A stretch of 63,238 bases of DNA, the filler included, from Octopus bimaculoides (taxonomy: Eukaryota), in assembly GCF_001194135.2 (NCBI RefSeq). It is 6 parts of 6 records of this genome, joined end to end, with 100 filler letters (N's around TTAATTAATTAA, not from the genome) between each part and the next. Parts side by side here need not be neighbours in the genome. Positions count along the whole stretch, not along the records: positions 7,729 to 31,266 come from NC_069004.1; 5 more parts are not named here. One strand, 5' to 3'. Position 1 is the stretch's first letter; every line of letters starts with the position of its first letter. The notes beneath the pieces were generated by a model. That model was not told the origin of the DNA. It did no database searches and worked only from the letters and a program-made list of their open reading frames with translations. The translations under genes were made by a program, and so were the position numbers. Shown piece after piece: positions 12,707 to 24,278 of this stretch.

Positions 12707-13724
12707 TATATTGATGTGCGACAACTGGTCTCTATTTATCTGTGACTTTCTTCCTTACTATCCAACCTGTCTATTATTTCTGTATCTTTAATCATTTCTC
12801 TATCTTTATTCCTTTCTTGTTTCGTGCACCCATTCTTCTATATTTTCTATCTTTCTCTCCCTCTATCATTCTATCATTATCTGCATTTCTCTCTACTGCT
12901 CTGCCACCTATTATTGTATTTCTTTTTTCAGCTTGCCTTTCTAGTTTTTCCTGTCCCCTTTGTCCCTTATTAACTGTCTATCGTTATACTATTTTTCTTT
13001 CCACTCTCCCTTTTTCTTCGGATGTGTTTATTTCTAACTTTTTATCCGATCTGCTTTTCTTTGACATCAAAATATACACAAATATGAAAAAGTCAATATT
13101 TAAATCATCAAGAGATTCCTCTCGGCGCGTCTTCAAGTTGTAAGGACTTCTGAATTTATGATTAATAAGGGAACCTTAACATATAGCATTTCATATCTCA
13201 CTGATGTGCATAATTTGTACGGTTTCTTATTACGGACTATGATAAAGTATTCGTGCAGATCGAGTTTTTCGTGCAGTATTTGTACAGACTGAGATTTTGT
13301 GTAAAACTTTTTGGGAAAATGTGAGTTACTGGTAGGACATTTTAATAATACAGGTGCCTCCTATTATATGTAAATCTGGCGTTCTTCGAATAGACCTTTT
13401 TCAGTATCTTTGCAGTATTGTGTGGTAGAGTGTGATAATTTGATTGCGCTTCTAATCAACAGGTGCTTGAAAAGTGTTTATCTAAAAACCCTAAAATGCT
13501 TTTTTGCTGTTGGAAAGAAAAGTTGTTTATGTCCGTGATGGGATCTTTTTGGGAATTCTGTGCAGCATTTTCATTCTACAGTCACTACTCATACCTCTTT
13601 TATACGCACGTTTAGTGTGCTAAGTATAGAAATATTAAACAAGAAATTACAATCTCACACACACATATTCTATATACCTATTGATATCTAAATAAATAGT
13701 TCACTTTATATATATTTAAGTACT

Positions 13725-13835
13725 AGGCTCACAAAAATGAGTCCTGGGTTCGATTTGCTCGACTAAAGGCGGTGCTCCAGCATGACCACAGTCAAATTAC
13801 TGAAACAAGTAAAAGAGTAAAAAGAATAAAAGAGT
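13725..13835 (+). mobile_element. 3' tail of SINE family A
   Basis: gtcctgggttcgatttgctcgactaaaggcggtgctccagcatg..gaaacaagtaaaagagtaaaaag. Confidence 0.75.
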
Positions 13836-14171
13836 AATATATATTATATATATATATATATATATCCCATACACACAGCCCCTCGTTCTTCGATCACCAT
13901 TCTTTCTCCCCCCCCCCTTTGTTATCTCCCCCTTTTCTTAGCTCGCATGTGTAAAATTTCTAACTTCCGGTCAGCCATTACTATGATTGACCGTTGACTG
14001 AACACTATTCAATTTTTTTTCTCTGTGTTTTTTCTCCTTGTCTCCGTATTCTTTCTGTTGAAGAGCGTAGCTCGAAACGTCAAAGACTTTCCGTATTCCC
14101 GAGCGTCATACTAATACATCCTTTTGTTGTTTACACCACCTGTCCTCGTCTGTTGTTTTTTCGTACATTCT

Positions 14172-14207
<36 letters not shown>

Positions 14208-14357
14208 ACAGACCCATCTCATCAGGCATTGGGAGAAGAGTTCTTCAGAAGATGGGTCCATCCTACGTGCTCACGAATATGGAGTTGAGTAATGCTTATT
14301 AGGATATATGTACTTCCTATCAAACGTATTCTATCTACCTGTCTATCTATCTATCTG

Positions 14358-14391
<34 letters not shown>

Positions 14392-14413
14392 CATCCATCT
14401 ATCTATCTCTCTG

Positions 14414-14508
<95 letters not shown>

Positions 14509-15224
14509 NNNNNNNNNNNNNNNNNNNNNNNNNNNNNNNNNNNNNNNNNNNNNNNNNNNNNNNNNNNNNNNNNNNNNNNNNNNNNNNNNNNNNNNNNNNN
14601 NNNNNNNNNNNNNNNNNNNNNNNNNNNNNNNNNNNNNNNNNNNNNNNNNNNNNNNNNNNNNNNNNNNNNNNNNNNNNNNNNNNNNNNNNNNNNNNNNNNN
14701 NNNNNNNNNNNNNNNNNNNNNNNNNNNNNNNNNNNNNNNNNNNNNNNNNNNNNNNNNNNNNNNNNNNNNNNNNNNNNNNNNNNNNNNNNNNNNNNNNNNN
14801 NNNNNNNNNNNNNNNNNNNNNNNNNNNNNNNNNNNNNNNNNNNNNNNNNNNNNNNNNNNNNNNNNNNNNNNNNNNNNNNNNNNNNNNNNNNNNNNNNNNN
14901 NNNNNNNNNNNNNNNNNNNNNNNNNNNNNNNNNNNNNNNNNNNNNNNNNNNNNNNNNNNNNNNNNNNNNNNNNNNNNNNNNNNNNATATATATATATATA
15001 TATATATAGGATTATATATATATAGGATTATAGATATAGGATTATATATATAGAATTATATGTACGTATATATGCATGTATGCAACAGATTATTAACCTT
15101 TGTTTCTTTCTATCGATCTCTATGTCGTAACTATGTCTGTCTGACTATCTATGTATATACTATGTTATTCGTGATTTTTGTCTGTGTATCTAACTACCAA
15201 ACTTTTGGGATTTTTATCCACCAG

Positions 15225-15555
15225 ATCTGTGATGAAGCAACCAAGAGACACTGAAAAGTGGTTACCTTGTTGCCCCTATTTTGTTCAAGAAGTCGCTCTT
15301 AAATCAGGTGTTACGCGGACCGGCCGGTTTGTGAATGTTTACGAAACAAAAGATTTAACTCAACAATTTGAGCTAGTAGTTTGTACTAAAGCATCTATTA
15401 ACAAACCCTGCAGATTCATACCAAAAAATATGAAATCTGTTTGCGTACAACGTTACGCATACCAACACGCTATTGTTACAGAAATGGATTACAGAAGGCT
15501 TCACTATGATTTTATAAAAGTCAAAGCAGGTTGTGAATGTGTAGTAACCCACTAA
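15225..15555 (+). CDS. Terminal coding exon, neurotrophin/Spaetzle-like cystine-knot growth factor (copy 2)
   Basis: Acceptor tttttatccaccag|ATCT, same phase and same 331-nt length as copy 1. Translation (R)SVMKQPRDTEKWLPCCPYFVQEV..GRFVNVYE..QQFELVVC..PCRFIPKNMKSVCVQRYAYQHAIV..HYDFIKVKAGCECVVTH; 51/109 identical to copy 1 with all 7 Cys conserved. Confidence 0.85.
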
Positions 15556-15616
15556 ACTGCTATATTTGTTGAAAGTTAGTAACGCTACTTATTTGTAAAG
15601 CGAATTTATAAACTAC

Positions 15617-15622
15617 AATAAA
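15617..15622 (+). terminator. Polyadenylation signal of copy 2
   Basis: AATAAA in acaataaaatatatcaacttt, matching the copy 1 context. Confidence 0.6.
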
Positions 15623-15972
15623 ATATATCAACTTTTCATTTCATGTCACAACAAAAAGAAAGAATAGTTATTTTACGGTTTCAAGTAAATAAACCATTGC
15701 GATTCAGTTGAGGAACTGTTTCCAATGGTTTTTATGAGCCAAGTCAGCTGCCAGCAATTATTTCACTTTAATGCATATTACAATATCTTCATCGTGAGAG
15801 GCTACGTTACCTTCTTAACGTAATGGGAATTAAAGCCGGTTTATATCAATGAAGAAAACCGACAGTCCGACATACATTAGGACGTATACGCACACGCACT
15901 CAGATACATACATACGTAAATACATACATACACATACACACACATACGTACGTACATACATACATACATACA

Positions 15973-16357
15973 TGTTGTTGGCACTCCGTCGCTTACGACG
16001 TCGAGAGTTCCAGTTGATCCGATCAACGGAACAGCCTGCTCGTGAAATTAACGTGCAAGTGGCTGAGCACTCCACAGACACGTGTACCCTTAACGTAGTT
16101 CTCGGGGATATTCAACGTGACACAGTGTGACAAGGCTGACCCTTTGAATTACAGGTACAACAGAAACAGGAAGTAAGAGTGAGAGAAAGTTGTGGTGGAA
16201 GAGTACAGCAGGGTTCGCCACCATCCCCTGCCGGAGCCTTGTGGAGCTTTAGGTGTTTTCGCTCAATAAACACTCACAACGCCCGGTCTGGGAATCGAAA
16301 CCGCGATCCTATGACCGCGAGTTCGCTGCCCTAACCACTGGGCCATTGCGCCTCTAC
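15973..16357 (-). mobile_element. Young-looking tRNA-derived SINE inserted in (TACA)n
   Basis: Minus-strand head GTAGAGGCGCAATGGCCCAGTGGTTAGGGCAGCG..GGTTTCGATTCCCAGACCGGGCG; CpGs intact; a decayed relative lies at about 36720-36835. Confidence 0.8.
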
Positions 16358-16399
16358 AATACATACATACATACATACATACATACATCTAAGATGTTT

Positions 16400-19030
16400 A
16401 AAACTGTTCCTCCAAGACCGTTGGGAAAATAATAATATAACCACAGAAAAACTAGTTGTGGGAAGAAGGAAGTTTGAGGATGTTCCGAGCAATTGTTGAT
16501 AAACAAAATTGTAATGTTAGAGGTGTGCAGAGTATAGAAAAAAAGCTGGTTTCAATGCTGTTAGACTATAAGGGAGCCTTTCACTCCGTTCCACACTCGT
16601 GGATGTTAGAAGTGCTTCATCTTGCTAAATTGTCAGAGAGCATAATCAAAGTCGTAGCTGACCTGATTTCTTCCAAGGCAACCATCTTGAAGTTAAATAT
16701 AAGGAGTGTATTGTCACTGGTAAAAGGGGATAGCCTCTCTGTGGCGTTGTTCATACTTTCAACAAACCCCTTTCATTTAGTTGAGGAAGTGTGAATGATT
16801 TCTCATTGCTTCACGAAGAGACAGAAATATCAAAATTACCTATTGCGTTTTTTGTGGATGACTTGATACAGTATGTTAGGTATATGCATGAGATAAAACA
16901 AGAGCCTTGACCTGGTTACAACATTCCCAAAGGATATGAGGTTGGAGTTTGTCCGGATAAATTTTCCTATTTGGTTGTGAAACGAGGAAAACCTGTAAAC
17001 CATATTAGCAGCATTTTTCATCAATGATTTAACTGCTTTTCTTATGTCTGATGAAGAATGTTAAGGATGCCTAGGAATAGTATCATTTACAAGGAACGCG
17101 TCAATAAAGAATATAACAGCCGATGAGAAAAATATGGATCTCCGAACTCCCTATATTCAATAATTTGAACATTTGACCAATTTGATTGGCTACTTTATGA
17201 GATCTGAACCACTGATATGAAAGTCCGAAAGACACTGACCAGCACAAATTATTTTCACATTAATGATAGAGACTGCCTCTATCTAAAAGAAATACAAGGG
17301 GACAGAGGCTTAAAATTGATCCAGACTGTCTTTTAGTGTCACATTATATCCCTTTAGCTCCCCTTTTTAACCACCAAGTGCATCCCTTGCCCAAGTTTCT
17401 ATACATGAAGCATATAACATAAAGTAACTTGGGTAGCAGATCCTCGAGAAACATTCCCTGTCTGATAAACTCGAATATATACCCGTATAAGGAGTATTGG
17501 TGGAATGTATCGGTAGAAATCTTAATAGAACGCAAGCTTAATATACTAGACATCGTGATTTGGGACAGATAAGAGAAATTATGTACGGTAGCAGAAATCA
17601 ACTGCTCAGTGGTTGTCACCATGGTGCTAAAGATAAGCAAGGGCTATCGATGTATGGAAAAATTTACAGCTATCTACCTGGATTACAATTTCTGATTTAA
17701 ACCCGTAATCATTGGGACACTAGGATATGTAACGAAGTGCCTCTTCACCAGTCTTGAGAAATTATTGTTCTCAAAGTCAGAGAGGAGAAAACTAATTATA
17801 AGATTACAGATATGTTATCAATAGAACTGTTAAAATATGTAAAACTTTCGAAACGTTCAGCATTTAAGGATATATACGTATGTCTAGATGTGTAACTATA
17901 AGCATAATAATACATAGGTAAAGCAAAACATACAAATCTATACATACATTGCCTCCAAATATTGAACACATACACACGAATATGCCCAAATACCTCGTTA
18001 ATGTTTAAAATTCCAAATGGAAGTGTCTTGCATCTAGAAATGAAATTAAATTATAACATACATACATACATACATACATACATACATACATACATACATA
18101 CATACATACATACATACATACATACATACATGTTGCATACATGAGGTTGATAACAACATGAAACTTGGGAAGCAGCTCGTTGAGCAGTATTCCGTGTCTG
18201 ATAACCTTAGATATATACCCAAAGAAGTCGCACGACTCTATTGCAATATTTCATCAGATGAAAGGATGGGCGTACATCAGCAGCAGATGGGCGTACATCA
18301 GCACAGATATGTTACCAGAAAGCTCCGGGATGGTAGTAACCTTGATTATCGAAGCAGTCTATCATGGATCAAAACCCAGATTACTAATTTCCATTTTGAA
18401 GAGAATACATTTGCAATCCAGGAACAGAAAATGTCGACCAAAAGGGATAGCGATGCAGGAAAAGCACAAAAGGGATAATGTCGCAGGAAAAGCACCCAAA
18501 TCTGATAATCGATGCAGACTTTGTGGAGTTAACATCGAAGAATGTCACCCACATCATAAGCAGCTGTTCGAAAATGTCATCATGGTATTATCAATCAATG
18601 AGACATGATGTTGTATCTAAGTCAGTCACGTATAATGGGATACGTCGGAAGGATAACCCTGAAATCAAAGAAATAAGAACTCATAGTATGGTAGAAGGCA
18701 TAGCCAGTTATAAAAAGGAGTACTGGTGGAATGTCCCAGTGAAAGTGTCAATAAAATGTAAATGTAATAGACCTGACATAGGGATCTAGGATAAGAAGAT
18801 CTGTGTACAGTTGCGAAAATCAGCTGTCCAGTGGATGTTAAAATAAAGCTTAAGATAAGCGAAAAAGAAAATACTTATGCTGAAGTATTGAGAAATCTAC
18901 AGTTATTCCACCCAGATTACAAGTTCAGGTTTATATCTGTAATTATTGGGGCACTTGGATATGTAACATACTGCCTAAGAACCAGTCTTGAGAAATTAGG
19001 CTTTTCAAAACCAGAAAAGAGAAAACTGAT
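16400..19030 (+). mobile_element. Degenerate, composite R4/Dong-like non-LTR retrotransposon (RT + CCHC + restriction-like endonuclease)
   Basis: Broken frames give LLDYKGAFHSVPHSW and KGDSLSVALF (RT), CRLCG..HIISSC (zinc knuckle), and RPDIGI..ISCPVD..EKENTYAEVLRNLQ..IIGALG (RLE). Confidence 0.8.
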
Positions 19031-19480
19031 TGAGTTTGAGTTTGAGGAGGAGAAAACGTTTTACGTGGTGGTGGAGGGACAGAGACCGAATAGTTATATA
19101 TGCGGGGTAAGGGGACACATGAAGACCCAGTGCCCTTTATTTGAATTCTCGCATAGCGAAAAGGTGGTGGAGAAGAAGCAAGGGAAAGAGCAGACGGAGG
19201 AGAGATTGCAAAGAAAGAAAGATAAAATTGAGGAGGATTGTACCCAGGAAGTTAAAGAGAAGAAAAAGAGTGAGGTGAAAGAAAGAAAGGAGGAGAGTGG
19301 CGGGTTTGTCAGCCCCCAAAAGAATGAAGAAATCGAAGGGCAAGAGAGAGGAAAAAACAATAGAACTATGCAAATATAAGGGTGCCTTGATAGCGTATGA
19401 GAAAAGTGTGGATGCGGAAAGAAAAATTGCGAAATGGAAGGGACTGGTGAGAGCTTCAGCTCTCAGGAAACAGTCTTGAA
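19030..19480 (+). mobile_element. LINE ORF1/gag-like fragment with decayed zinc knuckle
   Basis: FYVVVEGQRPNSYICGVRGHMKTQCP (CX2CX4HX4C with the first C lost), followed by a K/E-rich tract. Confidence 0.55.
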
Positions 19481-20310
19481 GCAGATGCGAGCGGTATTAT
19501 GATACCTAAAGAAAATTATGAGAGATTCATGGATGGATTTAGTGGAAATATAAAAATGGTATAATGGTTTTGGTTGTATGAGATTCTTCGTTCGGTAGTT
19601 GAATACGACGCGTTGAAGAGAATGGAATTATCAAAGTAAAAGGACTTTTAATTTGAAAAAAGGAAAAACTGGAAAAACAAATAATATTCTAATGTAAACT
19701 TTGTGAAAAAGGGGGAAAAAAAAAAGATTGTCAAAAAAAAAATGTATATATGTAGACTTTTTTTACGCGCGTGCGAGTGTCTATATGTATGTACATATAT
19801 TCGGCACCACTTAATTAGCAATAATTTAATTATTGAACAGGAAAATATGTTTTGCTTTCAAGAAATACGGTTCAGTTCACGTGACAGAGGAGGCGCGGAT
19901 CTGTTTACATTGAATCTAAATGATATCTACTTCAGAGGAAATCATCTTTCTTTATGTTGATGAAGCACATTCCGCTCAGTGTCTTATAATAAAATCTGAA
20001 TTATGATATAACTTCAGCTGAAAGGCAACTCTTCTGACAAAACACGTAAAGAATATGACAAAATAATGATTCATTCCAAACAGCGATGCCTTTCATATAG
20101 AGTTTCAAGGGAAGTAATTCATAATTATATCATCCCAAGGGAGATAATTTGAGCAATATTTTTTCTATTGTTTCACTGAATGTCAGTTTAATGTCTTATA
20201 AAAGTGATAAATTTACAATTACCTAAATACAGAATGTCAACATATTTACAGTTCATTCACACACACACATACACACACGCACGCGCACACACACACACAC
20301 ATACACACGC

Positions 20311-20356
<46 letters not shown>

Positions 20357-21369
20357 ACACAACTCAGTGGAAGTTTTGTAATAATTAAAAGATAGAAAAT
20401 ACATACATACATGATAGCTGCAACTCGATTTCGATTAAAGGTATCACTTGGTCGTTCTCTTAAATATGAGCAGCACAGATTTGGCCTTTCAGTCCTTCTA
20501 CGACATTCTGTTTCGTAAAGATGTGGTAGCGATGGGCGCCTCCTTTGATGAACCTTCGTGTAACGTTTCCACTACTCTTGCAAGCACAGATGTCTTACAA
20601 TTCAGGGTTACCAGTTTGCCTGTCTGAGTGACAATCTCTGATTTCTAAGGCCTACCTTATTTAGATAGACATGTCCATGTAGAGCAGAATTCGTGACAGA
20701 CGAACTGTACACAGAAAGTTCGCTGTGAGTTAACTAGTAAGTTGGTCAGCATCAAAAAAGGGGACTTCCGGCAGGAGAAGAAAAACACAAGAATGTCAAC
20801 AGTGAGTGTGAAACGAATCTGAATGAACTAAATAGAAATAAATGGTGACTTAAGCCCTGACGTACGGTAAGTAATAAACCTTTGATAAATGTATTCTCGT
20901 CTCCACTAGTTTGTTTGCGTGTAGCCTAACAAAGCTATAACCATATTCGTTACTCATCAAAACCCTTATGAACGTCTCTCTTGAGCTGTTCATGCTCGAT
21001 ACGATTTTGTTCGAATTATCTCTCCCATCATGCATTGCTTTCTTCCACGGTGAAAGATCAAAAGCATAGGTTTCTCATCAATTTTCCGAAATATTGATCT
21101 GCTATGGTGTTTAATCGATACAGTATTCTTGGTTAGACGGTCACACTCTATATTAAAGGGCTATATTCTACTGACTGCATCCTCTAAATGTAATAAATGT
21201 GTTTAATATAAGACACAGTCATCAACGTTACAGAGTTTAATCTTTATTACAGGACTACGTGTAATGTGACATTGTTATATCTTGTACCAAATGACTATAT
21301 TCTTGGTTAGACGGTCACAGTCTATATTAACACTTCTGAATAGTTGACACTTCTAAATAGCAATAGTTT

Positions 21370-22807
21370 CATATCTAAGCATAAACAATATATTTTAATT
21401 TTACACCACGTCGGCCCATTTCCAGTAACAGAAGATGCATATTTCCAGTTGATTGAAAACTTTTAAGACCTATCTACGTCCAAAACATTATTTTTGTTGA
21501 CGAAATACGCCTATACCAACTAGCGTTTCCTAATCCACACTGACTAATTACGAAATGTGTGTTGTAACGCTGATAATTATTCATCTCCTGAGTCTATCCT
21601 TGAATGGTTGGTTGGTCCGGTATCGTCGTTAGGAGTACATCCAATGCGTTTGGGAAAATTTCAGTAAAGGTCCCTTTTATATTTCCAATCTCTTTGGGAA
21701 AGCAGTCGAGTACTTGAGGACCTCTGAATATTAGAATGGTAGAGTAGAGTGTTTGAACTCTTGAGTTTGGAAAGGGTATATTCGGAAGCTGACACTACCC
21801 TCCGGTTCGAGCATTAAAATTCGCCTTAATGCCGATGTCGGAACATACCCCTCCAGCTGCTGCAGTCAACTTTGTTTTCAATCCTTTCTGTGTACGTGTA
21901 TGTGTGCCAGCATGTATGCATGTGTGTGTGTGTTTGTGTTGTGGAGCATCAAATGGTTGTGATTGGAGAAACCGTAGCTCATTTTCTATTTCTAGACATT
22001 GAAGTGTAACCAGACGAAGATATTGAGTTGAAGAGTTGAAGGGTCGATTATGTCGACTGCACTAAATGTAATTCTGACTCATTTTATCAACGACATAATA
22101 TCAAAAAACATAGATGCTCTCGGTGAAAATCGATGTAAAGTAAATAGAAGGATCTATGTTCGACACGGCAATTGAAACTTCCTGGTACAATGCATAGGCA
22201 CACAGACAAAAGACACAAAAACACATGTACACACACCACCAGAGCACAAACACACATCCACGCACGAGAGCGTGCACAAACAGACACACCCACACGCAGA
22301 TACACGCGCACACACACCTAAGCCCGCTCTCACACACGCACACACAGATACATATATAGACAGACACAGAGACAGACAGTCTCTCACACACACATACACA
22401 TATCAATGTAAACGACCAGACTATCAGATTGTTAAACACGCTGGACAAAACGCTTCCAATTATTTCTTTTCCATCTTGGCCCAAATCCTTCAACTAAACC
22501 GTCTTCCCGTGCTCGTGGAGTTATCCTACACATAGAAATTTAGTCTTGTTGTGACTGAAATAGAATAAGCTTGTTCAACGTCCTTAGCAGTAGTAACAAA
22601 GCCCTACACTTAACGACTGGGACGCAAACTTTGTGAATATACAGCGCTTATAAATGAATATATTTCTGTATTTTTTGTGTGATTTGAATGGGAGATAAAA
22701 TCAAACAACAAAAAGGAAAGACAGAAGTGGTATACTTTGCGAAAGAATTTATTAAGAAGAAATGAAACGTTTCTCAAAGATAAGAATGTCAGGAGTTGTT
22801 ATTCAGA
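21370..22807 (+). repeat. Left arm of an interrupted inverted duplication
   Basis: 21950-22807 is the reverse complement of 24279-25129, and 21370-21590 is the reverse complement of about 25695-25925. Confidence 0.9.
21595..21850 (-). mobile_element. CR1/L2-like LINE 3' fragment present only in the left arm
   Basis: Minus frame GPQVLDCFPKEIGNIKGTFTEIFPNALDVLLTTIPDQPTIQG* resembles the CR1-group ORF2 C-terminus (LP..IR.....FK..LD..L..IPDQP). Confidence 0.6.
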
Positions 22808-22977
22808 AGATCCAGTTCAAGTATTCCACAGAGATTTCTCTAAACTTTCAAATTGATTGGTGCTGAAATNNNNNNNNNNNNNNNNNNNNNNNNNNNNNNN
22901 NNNNNNNNNNNNNNNNNNNNNNNNNNNNNNNNNNNNNNNNNNNNNNNNNNNNNNNNNNNNNNNNNNNNNTATTGTCA

Positions 22978-23022
<45 letters not shown>

Positions 23023-23084
23023 CTTACGTACATACACACGCACCATACTCACAAATATATATATATATATATATGTACTTTACT

Positions 23085-23330
23085 TAGTGTGGAGGCCATC
23101 AGTACCCCATCACAACTGCGCTGGGTGGAACACGTTTGTAGGATGGAGGACAGCAGGCTCCGAAAGGCATTATTTTATGCTGAACTGCGTTAGAACACGC
23201 AGAGCCGTGGAACCAGCGGTTGCGATATAGGTATGTGCTGAAGAGGTGCATAAAGTACTCCGACATGTCACCGCTGCTCAAGATCATGTGTAGCCCACAT
23301 GCGAACCGGCCAGAGATTATTACTGAACAA
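23085..23330 (+). mobile_element. RTE-like LINE 3' fragment
   Basis: QLRWVEHVCRMEDSRLRKALFYAEL resembles the RTE motif LRWAGHV.RM.D.R.PK..FYGEL. Confidence 0.7.
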
Positions 23331-24278
23331 CAGCAGTCAACGTCGGCCTATGACGGACAACTGAAAACACTTTTTCGAGATCAGTGAATTTTCGTCACTG
23401 GAAAAAGTATATATGTATTTGCATTGGGACGCCTTCGCATCGAAGATCTGTGAATGTCGTACGCTGACGAAGGGTAAATACCCAGAAACGTGAGTCCGTG
23501 CGAATCACGTCAGATCGACGATGGGAAGGATGACTTCCCTTTGCAAATACCGACAGAGTACAGATGTGTGTCAATAGCCAGCTGGAGCAGATGTTCTCCT
23601 AGGGCTACAAGCTACAGGAGCATTCACCCTTAGGGTTTGGCTGCATTTAAGTAGCAAATATACTTCGGGTATTTGTATATATAGATATATNNNNNNNNNN
23701 NNNNNNNNNNNNNNNNNNNNNNNNNNNNNNNNNNNNNNNNNNNNNNNNNNNNNNNNNNNNNNNNNNNNNNNNNNNNNNNNNNNNNNNNNNNNNNNNNNNN
23801 NNNNNNNNNNNNNNNNNNNNNNNNNNNNNNNNNNNNNNNNNNNNNNNNNNNNNNNNNNNNNNNNNNNNNNNNNNNNNNNNNNNNNNNNNNNNNNNNNNNN
23901 NNNNNNNNNNNNNNNNNNNNNNNNNNNNNNNNNNNNNNNNNNNNNNNNNNNNNNNNNNNNNNNNNNNNNNNNNNNNNNNNNNNNNNNNNNNNNNNNNNNN
24001 NNNNNNNNNNNNNNNNNNNNNNNNNNNNNNNNNNNNNNNNNNNNNNNNNNNNNNNNNNNNNNNNNNNNNNNNNNNNNNNNNNNNNNNNNNNNNNNNNNNN
24101 NNNNNNNNNNNNNNNNNNNNNNNNNNNNNNNNNNNNNNNNNNNNNNNNNNNNNNNNNNNNNNNNNNNNNNNNNNNNNNNNNNNNNNNNNNNNNNNNNNNN
24201 NNNNNNNNNNNNNNNNNNNNNNNNNNNNNNNNNNNNNNNNNNNNNNNNNNNNNNNNNNNNNNNNNNNNNNNNNNNNNN

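Noticed and set aside
10469-15555. Assignment of the cystine-knot pair to IL-17 or PTTH/trunk
   Set aside because: They lack the IL-17 SPW..RxP..I..A.C pattern and the trunk-type DLG..FPR motif; the FKQxF..C and SxCxQ..A motifs fit NGF/Spaetzle.
16280-16357. tRNA gene
   Set aside because: The A/B-box head continues into a SINE body; it is a tRNA-derived SINE. The same holds for other heads in the window.
22686-22857. Open frame FEWEIKSNNKKERQKWYTLRKNLLRRNETFLKDKNVRSCYSEDPVQVFHRDFSKLSN* in the inverted-repeat arm
   Set aside because: No ATG, no good acceptor and no recognisable family; not reported as a gene.
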